A stretch of DNA of 15,125 bases from an uncultured bacterium (lineage in GTDB: Bacteria; Fidelibacterota; Marinisomatia; Marinisomatales; UBA1611): positions 1 to 15,125 of the forward strand of contig CBFIBM010000010.1 in NCBI GenBank assembly GCA_965660855.1, in the 5' to 3' direction. The translations under genes were made by a program, and so were the position numbers. Shown in pieces: positions 1 through 7,299 of the stretch (within the stretch, counting starts at the first letter, position 1; every line of letters starts with the position of its first letter). The notes beneath the pieces were generated by a model that had not been told where the DNA came from, searched no databases, and saw only the letters and a list, made by a program, of their open reading frames with translations.

Positions 1-285
1 TTACAAAAATCCTTTTTACAGAATAAATTATCTGTCACGTTTAAGATTGATGACATTTTTGATAATGGACGATTTATTGTTGATACTGAAAATAGAATTT
101 TAAACTCGGAAACTGAACAATACTACATCCAGGATATGTATGCTGAACGTCAAAGGCAAAAAAGGTTCAGTTCTATTGTTCTCAACTATAATTTTGGAAA
201 ACAACAAAAGAAAAAATGGAATAAAGGAAGCTATTCTGGTCGATCTAGTGGAATGGGTGGAGGCGGAATGGATATGGACTTTTAA
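1..285 (+). CDS. 3' end (94 aa, 5'-truncated by the window) of a probable TonB-dependent receptor / outer-membrane beta-barrel protein
   Basis: Frame +1 is open from base 1 to TAA at 283-285 and reads LQKSFLQNKLSVTFKIDDIFDNG...RQKRFSSIVLNYNFGKQQKKK...GMGGGGMDMDF. The 'K-S-F-x-x-x-K-L-S-x-x-x-x-x-x-D-I-F' and 'L-x-Y-N-F-G' patterns resemble the last strands of FCB-type TonB-dependent barrels; the protein ends in Phe. Not in the supplied ORF track. Confidence 0.75.
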   Translation, partial: LQKSFLQNKLSVTFKIDDIFDNGRFIVDTENRILNSETEQYYIQDMYAERQRQKRFSSIVLNYNFGKQQKKKWNKGSYSGRSSGMGGGGMDMDF

Positions 286-1986
286 TTATGGCTTTCTAAT
301 TTTTTTAATCATTTCAATAACTTTTAATGGAGGTGAAGGATAATTTTTACAAACTATAAAAGCTGTTAGAAAATTAAACGTCGCTCCAATTGCTCCAAAT
401 GCATTTGGTTCAATTCCAAAAAACCAATTTGGATCCATGTTACCTAAAAAAGAAGTAGATTGAATAAACATTATACCTTTATGCTGGAATACATATAACA
501 AAGTAATACTAATTCCTGCTAGCATTCCTGCAATTGCTCCCTCTCGGTTCATCCTTTTTGAAAATATGCCCATCATTAGAGCAGGAAACAATGATGAAGC
601 AGCTAAACCAAAAGCTAGTGCAACCGTCCCAGCAGCAAAGTCAGGAGGATTGAATCCAAAGTATCCCGCTAAAGCAATTGAAGCAGCCATAGCTACTCTA
701 CTTGCTCTTAATTCATTTTTTTCAGAGATATTAGGTATGAAAACTCCTTTGAGTAAGTCATGTGAAATAGATGAAGAGATTGCCAAGAGTAATCCTGCTG
801 CCGTAGAAAGTGCTGCAGCAATACCACCTGCAGCCACTAATGCAATAATCCATTTTGGCAGATTTGCTATCTCAGGGTTCGCGAGCACCATAATGTCTCT
901 ATCAACTTTAATCATCTCATTCGATTTAGAATTATTATACTGAATTGTACCATCTAAATTTTTATCCTCAAATTTCAATAGTCCTGTCTTTTCCCAATTT
1001 TTAAACCAAGAAGGCCTATCAGTATATCGAAGATTTGATTCTTCACCAGGTTGTTCTATTGTGGTCAATAAATTATATCTTGCCATGGCGGCAACTGCCG
1101 GAGCTGTGGTGTATAAAATCGCGATAAAAACAAGAGCCCACCCTGCAGAGGACCTTGCCGCTTTAACAGATGGTACGGTAAAGAACCTCATTATTACATG
1201 TGGTAAACCAGCAGTTCCTATCATGAGAGATAGAGTATAAAAGAACATATTTAACAAACTTAACCTTGGGCTTGTTGTGTATTCATTAAATCCCAAATCA
1301 ATTAATATTTTATCTAGCTTATCAAGCAAAAATGTACCATCTGACAACTTAGACCCTAGCCCCATTTGAGGTATAGGATTTCCCGTTAACATAAAAGAAA
1401 TGAATATTGCTGGAATGGTATAGGCAAAAATCATAATTACATATTGTGCTATTTGAGTGTATGTTATTCCTTTCATCCCCCCCATTACAGCATAGATAAA
1501 AACAATTACCATTCCAACCATTAAGCCTTGGTCGTAATCAACTTCAAGAAAACGTGAAAAGGCGACACCTATTCCTTTCATTTGACCAATAACATACGTA
1601 ACAGATGCTATAATTAAACATAGTACCGCAACTACTCTAGCAGTTTTCGAATAATATCTATCGCTGATAAATTCTGGGACCGTAAAAGTACCGTGTTTCC
1701 TTAAATATGGTGCTAATAATAATGCGAGTAATACATAACCACCTGTCCAGCCCATTAAAAAAACAGAGCCACCGTAACCAAAAAAGGCAATGAGTCCGGC
1801 CATTGAAATAAATGATGCCGCAGACATCCAATCTGCGGCAGTAGCCATTCCATTTGCGATTGGATGAATACCTCCACCTGCTACATAGAATTCACTAGTA
1901 CTTTTCGCTCGAGCCCAAAATGCTATAAAAATATAGATACCAAATGTTATTCCAACAATTAGTAAGGTTAAAGTTTTCAATTCCAT
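286..1986 (-). CDS. actP: Sodium:solute symporter (SSF), ActP-like cation/acetate symporter, VC_2705-type large subunit
   Basis: 566 aa polytopic membrane protein with FYVAGG, NGMATAADWMSAASFISMAG, GWTGGYVLLALLLAPYLRK, GGMKGITYTQ and GTAGLPHVIMRFFTV; directly preceded by its usual DUF4212 partner. The substrate is inferred. Confidence 0.9.
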   Translation of the reverse strand: MELKTLTLLIVGITFGIYIFIAFWARAKSTSEFYVAGGGIHPIANGMATAADWMSAASFISMAGLIAFFGYGGSVFLMGWTGGYVLLALLLAPYLRKHGTFTVPEFISDRYYSKTARVVAVLCLIIASVTYVIGQMKGIGVAFSRFLEVDYDQGLMVGMVIVFIYAVMGGMKGITYTQIAQYVIMIFAYTIPAIFISFMLTGNPIPQMGLGSKLSDGTFLLDKLDKILIDLGFNEYTTSPRLSLLNMFFYTLSLMIGTAGLPHVIMRFFTVPSVKAARSSAGWALVFIAILYTTAPAVAAMARYNLLTTIEQPGEESNLRYTDRPSWFKNWEKTGLLKFEDKNLDGTIQYNNSKSNEMIKVDRDIMVLANPEIANLPKWIIALVAAGGIAAALSTAAGLLLAISSSISHDLLKGVFIPNISEKNELRASRVAMAASIALAGYFGFNPPDFAAGTVALAFGLAASSLFPALMMGIFSKRMNREGAIAGMLAGISITLLYVFQHKGIMFIQSTSFLGNMDPNWFFGIEPNAFGAIGATFNFLTAFIVCKNYPSPPLKVIEMIKKIRKP

Positions 1987-1991
1987 TTTAT

Positions 1992-2390
1992 TTAATTTCC
2001 ATACTTCTTATCTAGATCACCAATTTTCTTAGAATAATAGAAAATGAGAAAAACAAAAGTAAAGATTGAACCTTGCTGAGCGAACCAGAACCCTAATTTA
2101 TAACCGCCAATCTTTATAAAATTAAGATTATGAACAATTATAATTCCAAAAACATATGATACAGTAAACCAAATTAGAAGACATTTAACAATTAATTCAA
2201 TGTTTTCATACCAGTACTTTTCATCTTTTTTCATAGTAGATATAAGGCTAATTGGTTTTAATAAATTTTTTAATTTACTACTCAAAAATGAAAAAGAAAT
2301 AGCTGCAATTATATCAGCGAATGGAGTTGCATCTGGAAAACCAAAGTTCCATACTATAACAAATGACAACCAAATTAAGTAGACAATCAT
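1992..2390 (-). CDS. DUF4212 small subunit of the solute symporter, with an in-frame ~52-aa hydrophobic N-terminal extension (alternative start ATG at 2234 gives an 80-aa protein)
   Basis: The C-terminal 80 aa carry YW-x-x-N...LLIWFTVSY...GGYKLGFWFAQQGSIFTFVFLIFYY...LDKKY, the DUF4212 pattern; 5 nt upstream of the symporter start. The true start (2390 or 2234) is uncertain. Confidence 0.85.
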   Translation of the reverse strand: MIVYLIWLSFVIVWNFGFPDATPFADIIAAISFSFLSSKLKNLLKPISLISTMKKDEKYWYENIELIVKCLLIWFTVSYVFGIIIVHNLNFIKIGGYKLGFWFAQQGSIFTFVFLIFYYSKKIGDLDKKYGN

Positions 2391-2404
2391 ATTGTTTATA
2401 TTAC

Positions 2405-2436
2405 ATATAAAAATTATGGAATGTTAATTTTTATAT
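2405..2436. promoter_or_regulatory. Intergenic inverted repeat (12-bp arms, 8-nt spacer); possible operator or RNA hairpin
   Basis: ATATAAAAATTA (2405-2416) - TGGAATGT - TAATTTTTATAT (2425-2436), perfect arms in a 57-bp intergenic gap. All A/T, so function is uncertain. Confidence 0.4.
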
Positions 2437-2447
2437 TTTATTTCTTT

Positions 2448-3032
2448 TTAAGCTTGGTGGGATGGGTCTTTTTTAAATTGTGAAGAATTTTTTAAAATAT
2501 TTTTAAATATCTTATGAATAAATCTTAGTCGATCTGTTTCAACCTCAAGCTCAATAAGCGCTTTTTTAATTTTAAGAGGAAGCTGAATACCGCTTAAAAA
2601 TTCATAAGATATTTTTTTATTCATATAATAATCTAGATTATTATTTATACCATATTGTATGATAACTTGTAAATAAGAATCTTTAATTTCTTCAATAAGA
2701 TGGTTATCAGGACTTTGATTATTTGGAGTGAACTCGACCTCTCCTATAACAGTATCTTGATATATATTTGTATTTAAAACATTAAAAAGGTCTGAACCCT
2801 CAACGAGTATATCATATTCTCCATTGTCATATTTCTTATAAACTTTTGTTACTTTTACTTTACACCCCTTTGAGAAAAGGCCTTTATCTTCATTCAATAC
2901 AATTCCAAAAGGGTTATCATTCTCGATAGAATCTTTTACCATTTTTTTATATCGCTCTTCAAATATATGCAAAGGTAATAATTCATATGGTAGAAGAACT
3001 AGGTTTAATGGAAATAACGGTAACTTTGACAT
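2448..3032 (-). CDS. Stand-alone LON peptidase substrate-binding (N-terminal) domain protein
   Basis: 194 aa beginning LPLFPLNLVLLPYELLPLHIFEERYKKMV...PFGIV, the typical LON-N signature, plus G-x-Y-x-I-x-V-x-G; no AAA+ or protease domain. Confidence 0.88.
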   Translation of the reverse strand: MSKLPLFPLNLVLLPYELLPLHIFEERYKKMVKDSIENDNPFGIVLNEDKGLFSKGCKVKVTKVYKKYDNGEYDILVEGSDLFNVLNTNIYQDTVIGEVEFTPNNQSPDNHLIEEIKDSYLQVIIQYGINNNLDYYMNKKISYEFLSGIQLPLKIKKALIELEVETDRLRFIHKIFKNILKNSSQFKKDPSHQA

Positions 3033-3274
3033 AAGAAACTAATTTATTATTTTAACTTTTTTAAAATTACATTAAATACCATAATAGAAATTAACACAAT
3101 AAACTTATAAGTTTCAAAATGAGTACCATAACCGAATAAAAAAGAAAAAAATTCTATAGTTAAAATACATATGATGAAAAGTTGTACAATCTTTATTATA
3201 TTCATAACGCTCAAAACGCTCATTATTAAACAGAAATTTACTAATAGAATATAAAAATATATAAATAAAAAATC
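3033..3274. promoter_or_regulatory. Divergent promoter region between the LON-domain gene (-) and the photolyase-led gene run (+)
   Basis: The largest non-coding gap (242 bp, very AT-rich) lies between divergent start codons. It contains palindromes AAACTTATAAGTTT (3101-3114) and TTGTACAA (3182-3189) and a direct repeat AACGCTCA x2 (3206-3222). Exact -10/-35 boxes cannot be assigned. Confidence 0.6.
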
Positions 3275-4456
3275 ATGATTGATAAAACATATTCAACTTT
3301 CGATAGAATCAAAGCTCAAAAGCTTCTAACTGATTTTTCTAATGAAAAATTACCCTCCTACGCTAAAATGCGTAATTATAATAATGTTTCCAAAGAAAAA
3401 AATTTTGTTAGTTATCTATCACCAATTATATCAAGAAAAATTCTTACAGAAGAGGATATTTTAAAATATGTTTTAAAAAAATATAATTTCAAAAATATTG
3501 AAAAATTTATTAGTGAAATAATATGGAAGTCCTATTGGAGAGGTTTTTTAGAAACTCACCCTTTAATATTCTATGATTACCAAAAGGATTTAAAAAGTTT
3601 TGAAATAATTAAAAAGGAAAAATCTTATATTGATGCAGTAAATGGAAAAACTAAGATTGAATGTTTTAATATATGGGTAAAAGAGCTCGTATCAGAAGGA
3701 TATTTACATAATCATGCTAGAATGTGGTTTTCTAGTATATGGATATTTACATTAAAGCTTCCTTGGCAATTAGGAGCTGATTATTTTATGAACCATTTGC
3801 TCGATGGTGATCTAGCTTCAAATACTCTTTCATGGAGGTGGGTTGCGGGTCTACATACAAAAGGTAAACATTATATAGCTTATCCAGAAAATATAAAAAA
3901 ATATACCTACAATAGGTTCTTCCCAAAAAATGATTTAAATACAAATTCCTTACCTATGAAAGAAAATAAGATATACACGCCGCAATTAATAGATTATAAG
4001 GACGAGCTTTATAAGAATAAATCAAAATCAGCTCTGATCATACATGAAAATGATTTATCACTTAAAAACACAGATTATTACGATTTTATTTTTATACAAT
4101 TGAAACCCTCATTTAAACTAAACCAATCAAAAAGAATCAATCAATATATGAAAAGTTGTCTTTCTAAAAACTTTGAGATACTCTATAAAAAGTATCCTGG
4201 TAAAGTTTTTGGATTTACATTGAGCGATCCAAAAAAATTCAATGAGCTAGTTTTAATCAATAACATACGCTATTTATCAATGTCTTATCCATACTTGAGT
4301 GACCTTAAAATACATCTCAATAAATTTTTAAGTGAAATTCAAATTGAAGTAAATCTCTATAACTCTAAATGGGATAAAAAAGTGTGGCCTCATTGCTCAA
4401 AAGGTTTTTTCAAGTTGAAAAGAAAGATTCCCCATCTATTAGAAGAATATATTTAA
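3275..4456 (+). CDS. DNA photolyase, short inverted-architecture class (NewPHL/SPL-like; FAD-binding domain N-terminal)
   Basis: 393 aa. FAD-domain motifs VSYLSP, EKFISEIIWKSYW, GYLHNHARMWFSSIWIFTLKLPWQLGADYF and LLDGDLASNTLSWRWVAGLHT all fall within the first ~200 aa with no N-terminal antenna domain; the C-terminus has WD-x-x-x-WPH-x-x-KGFF. Confidence 0.88.
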   Translation: MIDKTYSTFDRIKAQKLLTDFSNEKLPSYAKMRNYNNVSKEKNFVSYLSPIISRKILTEEDILKYVLKKYNFKNIEKFISEIIWKSYWRGFLETHPLIFYDYQKDLKSFEIIKKEKSYIDAVNGKTKIECFNIWVKELVSEGYLHNHARMWFSSIWIFTLKLPWQLGADYFMNHLLDGDLASNTLSWRWVAGLHTKGKHYIAYPENIKKYTYNRFFPKNDLNTNSLPMKENKIYTPQLIDYKDELYKNKSKSALIIHENDLSLKNTDYYDFIFIQLKPSFKLNQSKRINQYMKSCLSKNFEILYKKYPGKVFGFTLSDPKKFNELVLINNIRYLSMSYPYLSDLKIHLNKFLSEIQIEVNLYNSKWDKKVWPHCSKGFFKLKRKIPHLLEEYI

Positions 4457-4462
4457 AAAACG

Positions 4463-5104
4463 ATGATAAACATTCAGTTAAGAGGTCTAAAAGTAAAAAT
4501 AACTATAAATTCAATCAGTGATAAAGACCTCAAAGTTATAATGAATGATATCTCTCAGAAAAAAAAATCTTTAGCTGAGTTAACTGTCGAACCAAGTTTT
4601 AATAAAATTTTAAATCAAATCAATAATTTAAGAACATATGAAAATGCTTTACTTTCTAGTGATACAGAACTTATTGTAACTGCATTTGATAATGATGATT
4701 ATTACAATGATGGTTATTCTTTTTACCGAGAAAAAGTAAATAACATTATTCAAGTTCCACTAGATGAAAGTTTCATAATACCTATTAATAAATACCTCCT
4801 GATAAATTATAAAATTTATTATGGCTGTATATTCGAAACAGAATTAAATCAAATGGACTATAAATACTTTAACTCTGATTATTTCTCGATAAGTTCAAAA
4901 TCAATTCCTTTTATCCAAAGTACTTTAATTGATGAACTCTTTTTCAATAGGCTACCCCTTAAAGATTTAAATAGATCAAAAATACAAATGATTAAAATTA
5001 AAAGTGCTTTAATTGATAAAAACCAAAATATCGATGGTGGTATAATAAATAAAAAAAATTGGCAAGATTTAAAATATATAATTAAATCAGATAAATCATT
5101 CTAG
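4463..5104 (+). CDS. Hypothetical protein (213 aa, soluble, no recognised motif)
   Basis: A long ORF in very AT-rich DNA, 6 nt after the photolyase stop and on the same strand; no family recognised. Confidence 0.7.
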   Translation: MINIQLRGLKVKITINSISDKDLKVIMNDISQKKKSLAELTVEPSFNKILNQINNLRTYENALLSSDTELIVTAFDNDDYYNDGYSFYREKVNNIIQVPLDESFIIPINKYLLINYKIYYGCIFETELNQMDYKYFNSDYFSISSKSIPFIQSTLIDELFFNRLPLKDLNRSKIQMIKIKSALIDKNQNIDGGIINKKNWQDLKYIIKSDKSF

Positions 5105-5106
5105 CT

Positions 5107-5235
5107 ATGAAAAGATCAAATTTTGCTTTCATTTTAAAATATTTTCTTTTAACATTTTTTAAATGGTTCTTTTTTATTTTAATCACCTGCTCCTTCATTT
5201 TTTTTATCATCTATCTGATTAAAATATTTTTATGA
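5107..5235 (+). CDS. Small membrane protein (42 aa), not in the ORF track
   Basis: ATG at 5107 to TGA at 5233-5235 reads MKRSNFAFILKYFLLTFFKWFFFILITCSFIFFIIYLIKIFL. It fills the gap with 2-nt and 7-nt spacers and has a basic N-terminus plus a long hydrophobic stretch. Confidence 0.55.
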   Translation: MKRSNFAFILKYFLLTFFKWFFFILITCSFIFFIIYLIKIFL

Positions 5236-5242
5236 AATATTT

Positions 5243-6466
5243 ATGTATAAACTCTTAAAAAACAAAACCTTTCTCTTATTTTTCCTTGGGAATATGATCT
5301 CTCTTGTGGGTTTTGGATTTAATTTGATTGCCATTAGTTGGCTAGTCCTTGAAAAAACTAACTCTGAATTTGAATTAGGTAAAATATTAGCTATGGCTAC
5401 AATGCCTGGACTATTTTTAGCTTTTTTTGCAGGAATTATCATCGATAAAGTAAATCGTAAATGGTTACTTGTATACCTTGATTTGTTCAGAATGGTTGTT
5501 TTGTTCATTTTTCTTTACATCATAATTACAAGTAGCTTTGAAATATGGATAATATATCCGGTCTCCATATTGATGGGTCTTGGAAATTCCTTATTTTGGC
5601 CTACCGCCCAAGCGTTTGTGCAGGAATTGGTAAATGATAAAGAATATTTTAATGCAAATAAACTTCTTTCAGCAAGCTACCAGTTTGGATCGATTATTGG
5701 TGCTGGATTGGGCGGGTTTATTGTCCATATATATGATCCCATAGTTGCCTTATGGATTAATTCATTCACATATTTAGCTTCTGGAATATTAATTAGCTTA
5801 GCACCCTTTAATTACTTGCCTAATAGGCAAAAAAAAGAAAATCTTTTTTCAGCATTAAAACAAGGTTTTATTTTTTTAAAAAATAAATTTGATATTCTTC
5901 TCCTAGGTTTAACAACTATTTTGTCAGATGTTGCTATATGGGGATCTTTATCTGTTCTTACAATTACTATTTCAAAAGAGATTTTTAATAAAGGTAGTTG
6001 GGGATATGGTTTACTCGATGGTTTATATGGTGTTGGAGCATTAATTAGTACTGTACTTGTTGGCTTAATGATAGAAAAAACGAGTAGAAAAAACGTTTTA
6101 ATTATTTGTTATACGATTGCGGGATTAATGTGTTTTATTGTTCCTTTCTTGCCAACAATATATCTGGCTGCAATAGCTTTCTTTTTTATGGGATTAAATA
6201 ATAATTCAGCTCGAATAATTGTGCGTACAATATTCATGGAGAATATACCAAATCAAATAATGGGTCGTGTCCAGACAATTTTTGGTATCTATTCTCGGTT
6301 CATGGTTGTAATGAGTACTCTTTATGCGGGGTGGATAATTGAAAATATAAATATTTCAACAGCTGTTAACTTTACAGTTTTACATTATTTTTGTGCGCTC
6401 ATTGGGACAATTTCAGTTGCTGCTATTTGGAATAAACATAATAATATTCTAATGGTGGAAAATTAA
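5243..6466 (+). CDS. MFS transporter (DHA3/MefA/EntS-like exporter group)
   Basis: 407 aa, about 12 hydrophobic segments, motif A-like GIIIDKVNRK, N-terminal F-x-x-F-F-x-G-x-x-I-S-x-x-G pattern, and IP-x-x-x-MGRV near the C-terminus. Substrate unknown. Confidence 0.9.
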   Translation: MYKLLKNKTFLLFFLGNMISLVGFGFNLIAISWLVLEKTNSEFELGKILAMATMPGLFLAFFAGIIIDKVNRKWLLVYLDLFRMVVLFIFLYIIITSSFEIWIIYPVSILMGLGNSLFWPTAQAFVQELVNDKEYFNANKLLSASYQFGSIIGAGLGGFIVHIYDPIVALWINSFTYLASGILISLAPFNYLPNRQKKENLFSALKQGFIFLKNKFDILLLGLTTILSDVAIWGSLSVLTITISKEIFNKGSWGYGLLDGLYGVGALISTVLVGLMIEKTSRKNVLIICYTIAGLMCFIVPFLPTIYLAAIAFFFMGLNNNSARIIVRTIFMENIPNQIMGRVQTIFGIYSRFMVVMSTLYAGWIIENINISTAVNFTVLHYFCALIGTISVAAIWNKHNNILMVEN

Positions 6467-6468
6467 AT

Positions 6469-7299
6469 ATGCCTGAACTCCCAGAAGTCCAAACCGTAGT
6501 TGACCATCTTATTGAACCGCTCTCCGGAAAAAATATTGTAGATGTAAAACCTATTTGGCCTAAGGTATTTGATAATTTTAATTCAAATAATTTGTTTAAA
6601 CAAAATCCAAATCTTAAGATTATAACAGTTTTTAGAAGAGCTAAGTTTATTATTATCCAATTAGAAGAACAGATAATTGCAATACATCTGAGAATGACCG
6701 GAAAGCTATATGTGATAAAGAAAAAAAAGTTACCAAAGCATACTTCTGCAACTTTAACATTAAATGACGGTTCCATTCTTATTTTCGAAGATGTTAGAAA
6801 ATTCGGAAGAATTTATTTATACAAAAATTTAAACATTATTAACTCTCGGCATGGAGTTGAGCCCCTAAGTGAATTGTTTAAATTAAATCAATTTCAAGAA
6901 CTAATATTATCTAAAAAAAGAATTATAAAAGGTTTATTATTAGATCAATCTTTAATTGTTGGACTAGGGAATATTTATGTAGATGAAAGCCTTTATGTAA
7001 GTGGAATACATCCAAATTCTATTTCAAACTTAATTCCTAAATCTAAGTTAAATAAATTATATAAATCTATTATCTTTATTTTAAAAGAGGCTATTAAAGA
7101 AAAAGGGACAACAATTATAGATTTTTCTGTGAATGGTGAATCTGGAAGATATTCCTCTAAATTAAACATATACGGTCAAAAAGGTAAAACTTGTAATAAT
7201 TGTAATTCCAAAATAATAAAATTGAAAGTTTGCGGACGTGGCACATACGTATGTAAAAATTGTCAAAAAAACTACCCCAAGAAGGGCCACAGTGCATGA
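6469..7299 (+). CDS. mutM: Formamidopyrimidine-DNA glycosylase/AP lyase (Fpg)
   Basis: N-terminal PELPEV, HLRMTG, DVRKFG, H2TH motif LLDQ...GLGNIYVDE, and C-terminal zinc finger CNNC...GRGTYVCKNCQ. Confidence 0.97.
   Translation: MPELPEVQTVVDHLIEPLSGKNIVDVKPIWPKVFDNFNSNNLFKQNPNLKIITVFRRAKFIIIQLEEQIIAIHLRMTGKLYVIKKKKLPKHTSATLTLNDGSILIFEDVRKFGRIYLYKNLNIINSRHGVEPLSELFKLNQFQELILSKKRIIKGLLLDQSLIVGLGNIYVDESLYVSGIHPNSISNLIPKSKLNKLYKSIIFILKEAIKEKGTTIIDFSVNGESGRYSSKLNIYGQKGKTCNNCNSKIIKLKVCGRGTYVCKNCQKNYPKKGHSA

Noticed and set aside
140..343. 67-aa + strand ORF from the track
   Set aside because: Out of frame with the convincing frame +1 barrel C-terminus (1-285) and overlaps the actP end; no motif.
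566..943. 125-aa + strand ORF
   Set aside because: Antisense shadow of the Ala/Gly-rich part of actP.
2200..2382. 60-aa + strand ORF
   Set aside because: Antisense to the DUF4212/extension ORF; no recognisable features.
3119..3139. 6-codon ORF MSTITE in the intergenic region
   Set aside because: Too short to support; expected by chance.
3033..3274. Possible riboswitch, ncRNA or CRISPR leader in the long intergenic region
   Set aside because: No stable GC-containing stems, no recognisable FMN/cobalamin/TPP motifs, and no repeat-spacer array.
5131..5230. Short palindromes ATTTTAAAAT and AAAATATTTT plus T-runs as a terminator
   Set aside because: Pure A/T low-complexity dyads common at this composition; the region is better explained as a small membrane ORF.
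1992..5240. Lower-GC stretch suggesting a horizontally acquired island
   Set aside because: No integrase, tRNA, transposase or flanking repeats; the difference is explainable by Ala/Gly-rich conserved proteins (ActP, HslUV) versus Lys/Asn/Ile-rich ones.
7260..7295. Track start (non-ATG) for the PPOX-family gene
   Set aside because: Would overlap mutM by 40 nt; the ATG at 7296 gives the standard ATGA coupling.
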